The translations under genes and the position numbers were made by a program. Below, one piece after another: positions 12,727 through 24,807 of a stretch of 64,000 nucleotides of DNA. This DNA is from an uncultured Methanosarcinaceae archaeon. GTDB lineage: Archaea; Halobacteriota; Methanosarcinia; Methanosarcinales; Methanosarcinaceae. The notes under the pieces were generated by a model. That model was given only the letters and a program-made list of their open reading frames with translations. It searched no databases and was not told where the DNA came from. The stretch is taken from contig CAVTET010000005.1 in the NCBI GenBank assembly GCA_963733675.1, positions 64,001 to 128,000 of the forward strand, given 5' to 3'. Positions within the stretch are counted from its first letter, which is position 1; every line of letters starts with the position of its first letter.

Positions 12727-13075
12727 ATGTTAAAACAATTCTCTAGTGGAATGAAAATGTTACTGGCAGTCCTTTTTGTAGTATCCTTGACAGCAGTGGC
12801 AACAAGTGCACAAGGCAAAGGTGACGTTTCAAGTAACGGTAAGACTGTAGATGTTGCCATTCAGGAATTTGCTTTTAACCCGGAATTAGTCAAAATACCC
12901 GCAGTGGATGCAATAAGATGAATTTAAATGGACTCAGCCAACATACAGTAGAGGGAGCTATTTTCACGTCTGAAATAATATCCAAAGGACAAAATTACAA
13001 GTTTCTGTTTACTGACCCTTGAGTCTATAAGTTTGAATGCTCGATTCACCCTAATATGAAAAAAACTGTACCATT
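12727..13075 (+). pseudogene. Secreted cupredoxin (plastocyanin/azurin-like), disrupted
   Basis: Signal peptide; VAIQEFAFNP; TGA at the expected Trp; downstream fragments HTVEG...KGQNYKF and ECSIHPNM copper-site motif. Confidence 0.8.
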
Positions 13076-13430
13076 TGCAGCGAAAAAGTGAGGATCTTAC
13101 AAAGTGCATAGAGAACTGGGGGGCGAATTGTAATTACTTTCATAAATATTTATTTTAAGTCTTTTAAAAACGGCTATTTTCAGCAGTGTGCTGATTTTCG
13201 ATCGTATCCTATTAGCTGGTTTATATTTTCATTATAGAATACACTTTGTTCAAATGTACTCATTTTCTAAGCTTACCTATACAGAGAACTAAAAACTGCA
13301 ATGTATAGAAAATAATATGCAGAGAGTAGTCATAAGATTTATCTGGATAAATATTGACTCATTATTGATGACCACCAAAAATCATCAATGAATAAAAATT
13401 AAGGAGACTGTATATCAAAAATAATTATTT

Positions 13431-13660
13431 TTAGCCCTCGTTCCCTATAGCATCAACAGGGCAGTTTTCTAATGCCTCTTCACAAGCTTTTTTTCCTCAT
13501 CGTTTTCAGGTTGCTTATATACAAAGGAATTTGAATCATCATCATTCATTTTGAAGTTAGTTGATGCAGTATCCACGCATAACTGACATGCGATGCATTC
13601 ATAATCACAATAATAAGGTCCAGGAACATTTTCAGCAACTTTATCTGACTTATCAGCTAT
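13431..13660 (-). pseudogene. Small single-cluster ferredoxin, not in the ORF track
   Basis: RBS GGAGGGGT, start mutated to ATA. ADKSDKVAENVPGPYYCDYECIACQLCVDTASTNF..., a frameshift in an A7 run, then ACEEALENCPVDAIGNEG*. Confidence 0.85.
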
Positions 13661-14941
13661 ATTTTACCCCTCCAATTGAATTTATCTTACAAGAAAGGTA
13701 CTTAAGAGGATTTATATATATATTTTAAATTTAAAGTGGGTTTTCAATTCGTGAAATTCCTCAGTCTATCTGTAAACTTACACATTTGCAGTGCAAAAAT
13801 CACGTACTATTGACTTTAGAGCTAAACTCATGTTTCAGACAATTTGAGGTTTAATGCTATTGATTTCCAGTTTAACTTTTAAGTCCTAGAAGAGTTCTTA
13901 GTCTTTCTATTGAACTTTTCAGATGTGGCTAAATTAATTAGAGTCACATACTAATAAATGGTATTTTAAAAATAAATTATAGTTACAAACCTAATTATTG
14001 ACGCTTAAGTTATTCGAAATTATATAACCACGGGAAAAAACGTAGCGAAATATACCCAGGTTCTCTCATCCCCTTATGATCTTGTTTTCTATGTTTTCCG
14101 TAGATTTGTTGGCCGTAGAGATTTGTTTGATGATTTTTCGTTAACGATAGCTTTTTTATACTGTTTATTTAGCATATTTTCAGTGTCATTTAACACTTTG
14201 ATTGAATAGTTGAAATTCATTTTGGGATCTGTAATGAAAAATCCCATGTCATCGTGGTAGCTGCAACGACGATATCACTTGTAAAAAAAGTGACTAATTA
14301 AGAGTTAAATCATATGCTACACTTTTTAGACACATAAAAATGCCAGTTTACATTGAGAAAAGTATTGTGTATTCCATTGCATGAATATACTGGTATACAT
14401 TGCATGGCGCACACAATAAAGCTATTTGTTTGCAATTTATACCATATATGTTTAATTTCAAATTCTATCTCGAGTTCTCTATTCTGAAATCTTTAGAACT
14501 AGAATTTAATAAAAGCATATATTTAATAATACTGAAATACGCTTAAAGACTCTGTTTGATTCAGACGATCTAAAGTTATATATTTTGTTCGTCGTTTTTT
14601 GATATTTCCATTTCTCCGAAAAAATATGTGCTGTTGTTAAGAATTTTTATGAGAAAAACTAACTTATCACTACGATTTTCCAGATGGTACAACCCTTACT
14701 TATTTTGGTTAAGCCGCGGTATTTAGAAACAAAACTTCAGTATAATCTAAAATATATGACTATTAATTATTAGATAATATAATTCAATAGCTAGCTTGAA
14801 TATTATCAATTAAATTATACTATAGTTAAACTTATTTGCTTAAATAGGATGTGTGAATGTTTATTTGATGGATTAATATTCTCACAGCGTGTCTATCGAT
14901 AGAAAACATAAAAATGTATCAAATTAAGCAAAATTTTAAAG

Positions 14942-15211
14942 ATGAAACAAACGAGTAAGCAAAAACTTTCCAGAATAAAAACGACAATTAATATTTTGAT
15001 AGCTGTATTTTTCATAATAACATTAACAGTTGCTTCAGCAAGCGCATGTTCTAGTCAGTCGGTCAAAAACTCAAATTCGGTTGATAACAATATCCCTGTC
15101 AACTCGAATCCGGTTAATTACGAAAATCCCAGCAACATGAATCCAATTAATTACGGAAGCCCCAGCAACATGAATACGATTAATAACGGAAACCTTGATA
15201 ATTGGTTTTGA
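14942..15211 (+). CDS. Small secreted Asn-rich protein with 11-aa tandem repeats
   Basis: Basic N-terminus, hydrophobic core and ASA cleavage site; repeats NPVNYENPSNM / NPINYGSPSNM / NTINNGNLDNW (33-bp DNA units). Confidence 0.7.
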   Translation: MKQTSKQKLSRIKTTINILIAVFFIITLTVASASACSSQSVKNSNSVDNNIPVNSNPVNYENPSNMNPINYGSPSNMNTINNGNLDNWF

Positions 15212-15641
15212 TTTTTAACAGTTGTATTTGAACGGTTTGTTTGGCAGCTATAAGGTCGATGGGGTTTTACAAAAAAAATATTTGAAACAAGAGCTTTTTT
15301 AATCATTTTCTGGATTTTTGATTGATTGCAGTTAATTGCTAGTGAAATTACTTGTAAATCTTGTCGATTGCAGAAGATGATAACAAGTCTCTTTTTTCAA
15401 TATCCATTTTGAAATCATTGGGTGTATCAATACATAGTTTATATTAAAATCTAAGTATTTGTGGAGGATATGGACAGAGAATAACTCTAAAAATTCCTGA
15501 AATCTCCAAAAATACGTAGATTTTACGATAAAAACTATGCATTCTCCATAAGAAATGGAACCAGGTCTACAGCTGACCTAATCTAGAGGATACCCGGACC
15601 TTAAAGGCTCTAAAATTCTATGCTTTGACATAAGGGATTTC

Positions 15642-17631
15642 TCAGGCTCCAGGTTCAAAAAAACGTCTGATTTCTTCAAGTTTTTGAGGGAGACTGATCA
15701 AAAGCAGGATATCATCAGGTTTGAGTTTAGTCTCAGCCCCTAAATCGTATATAAGCCGATGGCTTCTGGAAATTGCAAAAACAGAAACCCCATATTTTTT
15801 CCGGATAGCAAGATCTCCTAGGGTTTTTCCTGCGGCTTCCGAGTTTTTCCCAACTCTTATACTTCTAATTTCCACGTCTGAAAAGTCAAGAGCAAGCTTA
15901 CAGATACTTTTTCGGTGCGTTTCTGGACTTCGAAGTATACGGTAATGGTCAGCTCTGAGTTCATAACCCTGGTTTTCAATCTCATTCAGCGGAACCATAT
16001 ACTTGTTAAGTACTCTGGAAAAGAGCTCTATCGAGCACTCAAATTCATCCGAGACAACTTCATCAGCTCCTACAGAATAGAAATTGTCAAGTTGGTTCAA
16101 GAAGTGAGCCCTAGCAATGATATGGACATCAGGGTTCAACCTCCTGGCCGCTTCAATGATCCTTTCGGAGTTTGCAGGACCGATTGAAGTTACCACTATT
16201 GATTTTGCACCCCGAATGCCTGCATGCTCAAGCACCGTTTTTTGAGCTGCGTCTCCATAGATAATTGGTTCACCTTTCTGCTTTTCATACCGTACAGTCT
16301 CAGGATTAATTTCTATTATGATATAAGGAATTGAAACTTTTTTGGCAGCAATTGCAACATTTCTCCCATTGATCCCAAAACCTATTATGATCAGGTGGTT
16401 TTCAAGCTCTTTATCCTGCACATCTTCCTGGAAATCCCTGTATCGGTTATATGAAAGTATTTTAGGAAAGGGAAGTCTCTCGATATAAACAATAAAACGG
16501 GATCCCAGTCCTATAAAAGAAGGGGTTAATACCATGGAAAACACGGTAACAGCCAGGAACTCTTGATAAATTTCCCCGGAAAGAATTCCATTTTCAAAGC
16601 CCACATTTGCCGTGATAATGGAAAATTTTCCAATTTGAGCCAGAGAAAAACCTACCAGAAGCATTGTATGCAGAGGGAATCCTATAAGAAAAATAGTTAA
16701 AGAGTTCACAAAAGTTTTCAGGAAAAAAACCAGAACAGTAGCTGAGAGAATAAGTCGGGAATGTGCTCTCACAATATCTAGATTTAGCAACATGCCTGTT
16801 GAAACAAAAAAGATACTCATGAACATGTCCCTGAAAGGAATAACATTTCCAAGTGCCTGTACGGCATATTCGGACTCAGGAGATGATAAGCCCTGCCAGA
16901 AAAGCCCCCAGAGCAGGGGAGAGGCCTGCCAGATAACTTATCCAGGCTACTGAAAGACCTATTGTCACTATGCTTAGCAAGAAAAGTTCGTTATTGCGTG
17001 TCTTTGCTATCTGGTACAGAAGAGAAGGAACTACATAGCGGGCACTTATAAGAGTGAGAAGAACGAGCCCTATTCCCCGAAACATAAGATTAAAAAGAGC
17101 ACTTCCAACTACTGCCTCTCCTGCAAGCAGTGGAGCAAGGATAATTATCAAAACAGCAGCTATATCCTGGAAAATGAGGATTCCAAGTGCAATTCTCCCG
17201 TGAGCGCTGTAGATCTCCCCCTTCTCCTGCATAAGTTTCAGGACAATAGCTGTGCTGCTAAGTGCCACAATAAGCCCCATAAAAACTGCAGCTTTAGGAG
17301 AATAACCAAGCCACACGAAAATAAAGCCGACAACAATGCTCGTAATAAAGACCTGCAGCCCTCCTCCCAAAAGTACTATTCTTTTGAGCTTCAGGAGCTC
17401 GCTCAGGGAGAACTCTATTCCAGTTGTAAAAAGCAGCAGTACGACTCCGATTTCAGCCATAACTTCTATGTTTTTGATCTCTTGAATTAGTCCGAAACCG
17501 AATGGCCCGGCAAGGATACCCGCAAGCAAGAAACTCACAAGTGGAGCTATTTTTAATCTCGAGAATGTAAAAACAACCGGAATAGAGAGCCTGAAGATGA
17601 TCAAGAGGTCAGCTAGAAGATTATATGCCAT
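15642..17631 (-). pseudogene. Kef-type CPA2 K+/H+ antiporter with TrkA-N/TrkA-C domains, split by a +1 frameshift
   Basis: AEIGVVLLLFTTGIE, LSSTAIV, ILIFQD, LGAFLAGLIIS; an extra C near 16880 creates TGA; second part has IIIGFGING and YGDA. Confidence 0.88.
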
Positions 17632-18092
17632 TAATATAAATTTAATTTTTAAATAATATAAAGATGATTCCACAGATAGCTGTCTGAAAATCTGAGTTGA
17701 GTATAATGCAGAATAAGATTTAAGATCCAAAAATCAAAATTTCAAATCAGAATTATATTTTAAAACTATAAACAAATAGGCATATTACAAAGGAGAAGAA
17801 GAATGAGCACAAATTTGAATAAACGTAGAGAAGAGAGGAAATTCTCATGTATCACATATGATGCAGTAAACTGTAGGAAAATAGATAAATAATCAAATAT
17901 TGGCAAATGTGTAAGCCGAAATAAAAGATCTAAAAATGGAACAGGAATCAAAACAGAAGATTAAGGTATATAGGGCAGATTGTATAGAAAATTATGCACG
18001 CTGCCCTCTTTGAATAGTCACGGAAATTTGTTATTTCAGATAATTTCTACAGCGCCTAAATTTCGATGTTGTTCTCCCATCTAACATTTGCA

Positions 18093-18278
18093 CTATTTGA
18101 TCATTTCCTGGACTTTTCGAATATTAGCTATAGCTCCTTTCTTCATCTCAATCATTTTTTCCATATCAGATATTTTCATTTCTAAAAATTTAATTATCAT
18201 ATCCATTCTCATTACTGTAACTTTCTTTTTCTGTTCTTCAGTCAGAAGTTCCCATGTCTGAGTTATCACAGTCTGCAT
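18093..18278 (-). CDS. Small helical/coiled-coil hypothetical protein
   Basis: WELLTEEQKKKV...coiled-coil pattern; an RBS-like GGTGAAAGGAG lies upstream, so the start may be further 5'. Confidence 0.55.
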   Translation of the reverse strand: MQTVITQTWELLTEEQKKKVTVMRMDMIIKFLEMKISDMEKMIEMKKGAIANIRKVQEMIK

Positions 18279-18879
18279 TATTGGACCTTTTCCTGCTAAA
18301 TCGTGATGCTTAAATATCTCCTTTCACCTATAATATTCTGCAAATTTACACTTCAATAACTGATCAAATATTTTAATATATATTAAACTTTAGTTTTAAC
18401 AAATTGTTTATAAAGTTTATATAAGTAATTTGTTGCAACCAGATATTTACTACTTCTCCATGCTATTTTGAATTAATGATACAAAAAATAGTTTCTGAAT
18501 AAAATTTACTTTCAAATAAAATATTTTAAAATTGAACAATAATTAGATATTTAATATTAAATATAATAATTTTAGAACAAAACTTACCCCACATGAAAAA
18601 ATCTAAAATGGAATAATAAATTAATATTAACACTATTTTTATAATTACCAAAAATATTTCACATACTTCACATTGAGTTTTCCCCCTAAAAAAATAGACT
18701 AAAGTGAAAATACGTCTAAAAAAAAACTAAAAGCCGTAATATTCTGGACTCTTAGTAGTAGAACGGTTTCGAAGCAAGATGCAGGATGTTTTTATTGGAA
18801 TAAAATTTTCCCTTCTAAGAAACGCTGGCACAGTTCCTGGAATCCCCTTTCCGTACCTATTTCCTCTTCACGAACTTCT

Positions 18880-19512
18880 TCACCACGGACCTTGGATACC
18901 ACGCTGATATGAGCCATTTCCTTTCTTTCTTGCAAAAATCCTTTTTACGTATTTTGCAAGCACAATATCACCTTTCCTGGACCTGAATTCACCGTCCCTT
19001 ACCTTAATTTTGTTGATGAAAAGGCGCGTATTTCCAACTATTTCCTCTGCTCCTACAACAAACTCATAATCACCAGGAACGCATTTTTCGATAACCTCTG
19101 TTTTTTCAGTTCCTGACTGTGCAGAAAACTTTACAATTACCTCTTCAATATACCTGCCCCATATTGTTTTAATGTCTTCTGCCTTAGCCACCTTGACCCG
19201 TTTCCCTCTAGCATCAAGGGCAGTAATCATGATAGGAAAAACCATTTCTGCTTCTTCATCATCTACAACCATTTCGTCATCTACATGAAGAACAATCTCG
19301 GAATCCAGTTTAATTTTGTATGTGCGCGAAATATCCATCTTGCTGACTATGACCTTCAAAACAGAGGCTTTTGGTATTTTTATCTTCGCTGGACGTACCT
19401 GGCCACACTCCAGACAACGAACTAGAGCGCCTTGCCCTTCTTTTAGAACTTGATGCCCGACTTCTTCCTTAGGGGAACATGAAGGGCACTCGACTTCAAT
19501 TTCTCTTATCAT
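18880..19512 (-). CDS. Archaeal Zn-finger protein (HVO_0476 family)
   Basis: CPSC...H.VLK...VRCLECG; C-terminal AKYVKRIFA. Confidence 0.85.
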   Translation of the reverse strand: MIREIEVECPSCSPKEEVGHQVLKEGQGALVRCLECGQVRPAKIKIPKASVLKVIVSKMDISRTYKIKLDSEIVLHVDDEMVVDDEEAEMVFPIMITALDARGKRVKVAKAEDIKTIWGRYIEEVIVKFSAQSGTEKTEVIEKCVPGDYEFVVGAEEIVGNTRLFINKIKVRDGEFRSRKGDIVLAKYVKRIFARKKGNGSYQRGIQGPW

Positions 19513-19572
19513 GATACAATCAAAGATATATTCGAAATACTAAATACTTAACTTTTCAGGTGGTACTTTTCC

Positions 19573-19800
19573 GTGCACCACCACTCAGCTGAAGACTAAG
19601 TGACTCCTTGGTTCAGTCCTTTCTCTTTTGATAACAAGTCCCTAATTACATCCCCCTTATTTCACAGGCGTCAGGTCCAATTAGATTTTGATCAATGAGA
19701 GAGGATTTTTTGATGTTAATTGCAGCATTAATGTATCTATCATGTATTGTCGTGCAATCAAAAAATTCCAATTCGCTATCTTTTAATGTTAGCTCAGAGC
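19573..19800 (-). mobile_element. IS200/IS605 remnant: tnpB C-terminus plus right end
   Basis: ELTLKDSE...DCTTIHDRYINAAINIKK (TnpB zinc ribbon/RuvC III), then a subterminal hairpin CACTTAGTCTTCAGCTGAGTG ending GTGCAC. Confidence 0.85.
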
Positions 19801-20204
19801 TATGGTATCCAAAAAATTCACCAATTAATTTGCGAATGGCTTTTAAAAAAAAATCTAGACAACCTTTCTGCCCAAGATAATGCTGAATCGATAACCAAAA
19901 GAGGTAATGTGAAAAAAAATTCATTTTTGTGTGTCTGTTATCCGAAGAATTTCATTTTCTTGTTAGACCTCTCCCATGCTGATAGCTTCGTAAAGTACCC
20001 AATTTCATCAACAAATCAGCGAATGACAAGTTTTTTCTCTTCTCCTACATCATCCAAATAAAGTTCTGTAAATAATTCTCTGAAATTTGGAAATTTCCGT
20101 TGTTCATCCATGTACTCGGAATACTTACTATCTACTACAATGTTTCTTCCCTGGATATTATATTCCTGGTTGTCTGAATATATGTTCCTAACCTTTTTCT
20201 GATA

Positions 20205-21026
20205 TCAGAGTCTTACAGAAACTCCCCTATTTCTAAGGTACTCTTTAACTTCCTTTATTGAATACTTATTAAAGTGGAATATACTTGCTGCAAGAGCTGC
20301 ATCGGCTTTTCCCTCGGAGAACCCCTCGTACATGTGTTGAGGATTTCCGATCCCTCCTGAAGCTATGATAGGTATATCCAGCTCTTCGGAGAGTTTCTTT
20401 GTAATAGGGATATCATAGCCAGCGCAGGTGCCGTCTCGATCCATACTGGTAAGCAAAATTTCTCCAGAACCGAGTTCTTCTGCCCTTATAGCCCACTGCA
20501 CTGCATCAATTCCTATTGCCTGCCTGCCTCCATAGATAACTACTTCGTACCAAGCAAAAGTTCCATCTTCAAGTTCCAAAATAGTCTTGTCAGGATTATT
20601 TTTTATGTCATTATTCCGCCTGCAGTCAATTGCAGTGACAATGCACTGGGCTCCGAATACATCTGAAGACTCTTTGATAAATTCAGGATTTTTAACTGCT
20701 GATGTGTTGACAGAGACCTTGTCTGCTCCAGCCCTGAGAATCTGTCGGATAGCTTCAATGGAACTTATCCCGCCTCCAACAGTGAGAGGAATAAAAACCT
20801 CATCTGCAGTTCTCTCAATAACATTGATCATTGTTTCTCTACCATGGGCAGAAGCTGTGATGTCCAAGAAAACAAGCTCATCTGCGCCCTCTTCATTGTA
20901 GCGCTGAGCGAGTTCCACAGGATTTCCAGCCTCTTTAAGGTCGATAAACTCTATCCCTTTAACAACACAGCCGCCTACTCTGTCAAGGGTCACATCAAGG
21001 CATGGTATGATTCTTTTAGTGAGCAT
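20205..21026 (-). CDS. hisF: Imidazole glycerol phosphate synthase subunit HisF
   Basis: [42 protein letters not shown]. Confidence 0.98.
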   Translation of the reverse strand: MLTKRIIPCLDVTLDRVGGCVVKGIEFIDLKEAGNPVELAQRYNEEGADELVFLDITASAHGRETMINVIERTADEVFIPLTVGGGISSIEAIRQILRAGADKVSVNTSAVKNPEFIKESSDVFGAQCIVTAIDCRRNNDIKNNPDKTILELEDGTFAWYEVVIYGGRQAIGIDAVQWAIRAEELGSGEILLTSMDRDGTCAGYDIPITKKLSEELDIPIIASGGIGNPQHMYEGFSEGKADAALAASIFHFNKYSIKEVKEYLRNRGVSVRL

Positions 21027-21233
21027 CTATTGAATAATTAAGTGAAATGCTATTAAAAGCTTACCGAAATTAAGACAAATAGTAATATCTTAGATTTAAT
21101 CTGTGAAAAGAAAAAGCAATGAACTGTAGAAATGAATCCAAAAATAGCTCTCAAGATAAGATAGATAAAAATTTTAGAGTGAAGGTTGAAGGCTCAAGAA
21201 TGAGAATTCTGCATATTATAACTTCTGTGCGAT

Positions 21234-21704
21234 CTAACCAAAAATATTTATCACACGGGCACCATCAAGTTTGGACATCTCCACATCAGAACTTTCTAAT
21301 ACCTTTTTTCTAATCCTGATAGGAGCTCCTGCACGGAGAGCAAGAGCAATGCAGTCGCTTGGTCTTGCATCGAACTGCATGATATTATTATCCTTTCTTA
21401 TAAGAAGGCGGGCGTAATATATTTTTTCCACTTTGTCGTCGATCATTACGCACTCAATTTTTATTCCCAATCTATCAAAAATATTAATCATAAGGTCATG
21501 GGCCATCGGGCGAGGAGGTGAGATATTTTTAAGCACATTACCTATTGAGAGAGCTTCCAAGTGGCCTATGAACATAGGAAGCAGATTCCCCTCCATATTT
21601 TCAAGGAGCACCATGGGTGTTGGGTCCTCAAAAATATCAACTATATAGACATCTTTGACGTGAATTTCTTCGAAGTCATTATCGATATTGATGTCCATAA
21701 TCAT
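21234..21704 (-). CDS. Bifunctional nuclease family protein (DUF151)
   Basis: LPMFIGHLEALSI, PPRPMAHDL, DARPSDCIALALR. Confidence 0.92.
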   Translation of the reverse strand: MIMDINIDNDFEEIHVKDVYIVDIFEDPTPMVLLENMEGNLLPMFIGHLEALSIGNVLKNISPPRPMAHDLMINIFDRLGIKIECVMIDDKVEKIYYARLLIRKDNNIMQFDARPSDCIALALRAGAPIRIRKKVLESSDVEMSKLDGARVINIFG

Positions 21705-23621
21705 TAGTTAATCTCACCCTATTAATACTTAATTAAATGTTCAGGATTAATTAACGTCTAGTTTTTTTTAAGCATGGAAATAATACTCACAATAACAGAA
21801 AGAAAATTTCCATTTTGATTGTAAAAATCAATTTTTAATCCTGCAGAAAATTTACTTCTTTTTGGTTCCGAAAATCTCCTGATACAATAATCATTTTGAA
21901 CAATATAATTTATCGTAAAGTGTAAATTTCTTTGTAATTATTCAGCCTGGGGAAAAAATTGCAATAACCATTGTTACAAGAACTTAATGAGCAAATTTCA
22001 ATGGACTTATTTTATTTACTATCGTCTATTGATCATTTTCTCTATTTTCCAATTAGTTATTAATCAGAAATATCATATCACATTAAAAGAGATATCAACC
22101 AACTTGTTTTTGGTAGACTGAATAGTTATATCTTCTTAAAAATTTAGCCAGTTTTCCCCTTTAATACTTTTATTTTTGAATAATTTTATTGATGTTAACG
22201 TTTTGAGCCTTAGATGGCCTACGATGTCTCAAAAATTAAACTTCATACAATAATTGTTTATACAGAAGCAACATAAAAGTTTGTGCATTGGAAACGGTGA
22301 TGATACCTTTATTGACAATTATAATACAAAATCATGATCGCAAAAATTCATCTTTACTTACCGCATTCTGTGATCGCAATAAATCAAAATTACAATAAAT
22401 AATTCACATTTTAATGTCTTACCCAACTGCAAACAACTGGGTATGCTCTAGCCTCCATTCAGGATATACAAAAATAACTCTATACAATCTATTTTAATTA
22501 ACTTATATTATTTATTTTCCCTAGTACCCAACATAGTTTTTAATCATATCTAAAGTTGTACAATCATCAAAAATTCCTATATAACCTACATCATTCCATG
22601 ATTCATGACCCAAAAACTTTTTCTTGAGCCTCTATCATTAGTGGAGTATTCTATATTCATAGAACCAATGAATTTTTGAGTTACCAACGTCTTTCATTTA
22701 CTATGTAAAAATAAAAATTGTATTGTCGACTTACGATTATCCAATAAAATCTGGATATTAAAGCGGATCAATAACTATAAAGTGATGAAATGTAGCTATT
22801 TTTGACTTCGTAGCTTTTTTGGCTTATACGTTCGTTATTTGCCCCAAAAATTAGCTAAAAATCAAAGAAATCGCTCCCCTTTAACTATAAAGGTTGCTAT
22901 ATTGGATGATTTTTTATAATAATCAAAGATCGTGAATCATCATATTTTGAGCGTCACTCAGTTTTAATTATAGCCTCATATTTATGCATGAAAAATAAAG
23001 AGGAGATAGGTTTCTCCCATCCCAATAAGTTTGTTTAAGGCACCTGCACAACATAATAATTATTTGCATTGAAGTTTCTGGTACTTGCACCATTAGTGAG
23101 TGCATGTCTTCCAATTGCTTTTTCTCTATGATAATTTTGATCCCATACCGAAAATCCAATAATTTTCCCGTTGAAATGTACATCTACAGAATGTCGGGTA
23201 TAAAAATAATTGGTTAAATGATCGCAATTATGGAAAAAAAGGGAAGAATACGTAAGTAACTATTTTCATCATGCACTTTCATGAAAAAATATGGCGAAAA
23301 ATTTGCAGACAGCTTCTAATGTATCTGTCACTTGCCAACATTTATGCAGTGAATCTCAAATAAGTGTTACTTAAAACTTATTCAGTTATATTTCCAAACT
23401 GCAGACAAAAACCTTGTATCTTCACTGACTGAATATAGTAGCACACAACATTTTCAAGAAGAACTTGATTTCAGGTTTTCAATTTATTCATGATCTTCTA
23501 TTTTTTCAAAAATTTATTCTGATTCACTTTTACATAATAAATGAGATACTTTTTTATTTCTTAGAGACAACATAATATTAGAGTATTTATATGAATCCTG
23601 TATTTAGAGGAGTAATTAATA

Positions 23622-24023
23622 ATGTCAGGAGCAGAAACTACGGAAATGTTAGTAGGTTTGCAGTTGAAGATTCTAAATAACACAGGTGAGGATCTTGTGC
23701 TTCAGGCCCAGAAACTAGAGAAAGGAAAATACAAAAAAGGCCATCAAGCTCCAGCTAAAATAGAATCCTATGAAGAAAAGGAGATCGAACTTGTAGCATG
23801 TGACGGAAGCTGCGAAGGTGGAGCTGATATAGAGGGTTGGATCAAGTATGGGTTAAGTTGCTCAGAAGGATACTGCAAGTTACATTTCAAATATGTAGGA
23901 AGGGAAAACAAAGTCACAAATTCCTGTGAATGTCATATACACGATGGGAAAATACTCTATGAGACATCAACAGATACTATAAATGGGAGAAGTGTGAGCT
24001 GGATAATAGGCCCTAAAGCATAA
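23622..24023 (+). CDS. Hypothetical protein, aegerolysin/Cry34 (Gpp34)-like beta-sandwich candidate
   Basis: GAGGAG RBS; ILNNTGEDLVLQAQKLEKGKY and IEGWIKY...KLHF match the aegerolysin/Cry34 pattern; 133 aa. Confidence 0.55.
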   Translation: MSGAETTEMLVGLQLKILNNTGEDLVLQAQKLEKGKYKKGHQAPAKIESYEEKEIELVACDGSCEGGADIEGWIKYGLSCSEGYCKLHFKYVGRENKVTNSCECHIHDGKILYETSTDTINGRSVSWIIGPKA

Positions 24024-24807
24024 GTAGGGAGGTTTTCTCTATTGAATTTATCCTAAATCCCTTTATTAATCAGCTCATTTTTATTATTTTTGTAAAGTTG
24101 TTATTTTTAGGAAGTATACCGATTTAATCGGAAAGATTTTTCTTCCTTATTTATTTTCTCAATTTTTTTATTAGATCTTCAATATTTCATAACCACCTAA
24201 AGATGAAAAACGCCGATATAGGAAATATGGAAACAACATTACTGTTCTTTCAATGCGTTTCAGTGATTAATTTGCATTATAAAATTAAGAAAAATAAACT
24301 CACTTGACGATAAATGCACTTTTCTAAGTTTATTAAGTGTTCAGTTTTTACGGTGTAGACTATAAGAAGAAAATTGGAGAAACAAAAATTGTGAGTGAAA
24401 ATTACCAAAATAGCCTGCACTTAAACATAAATAAATTCTGACACATGTAAAAATGAATTTAATTTGACAACTCCAACTTGTTTATATATCTTGCAGTTTC
24501 GAGATCTACAAATCTCGAAGTAAAGTAAAGTTGATTAAGGCTAAAATTAATTTTTTAAATAGTATTATATATAATTACACACTTTTATGATTTAATTTCA
24601 CAATCTTTTACTGAAATATAATTATTGCATCCGAAGCTCTGTACATATACACAAATGTAGAATCTATTTGCCCACTATTTATTCATTGAAAGTTAGATTC
24701 ATTTTTAATCTACTGTCATTGAGAAAATAGATGACATTCTTGTGTACATCTTAGGAAAGTGGATTGCATGAAATTTCACTCATAAAAGGCAGTTTGAGGT
24801 ACTAAAG

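Noticed and set aside
24025-24807. TPP riboswitch upstream of thiC
   Set aside because: No recognisable THI-element core. Only a short palindrome (TTCGAGAT-N6-ATCTCGAA, ~24498-24519) of unknown meaning was seen.
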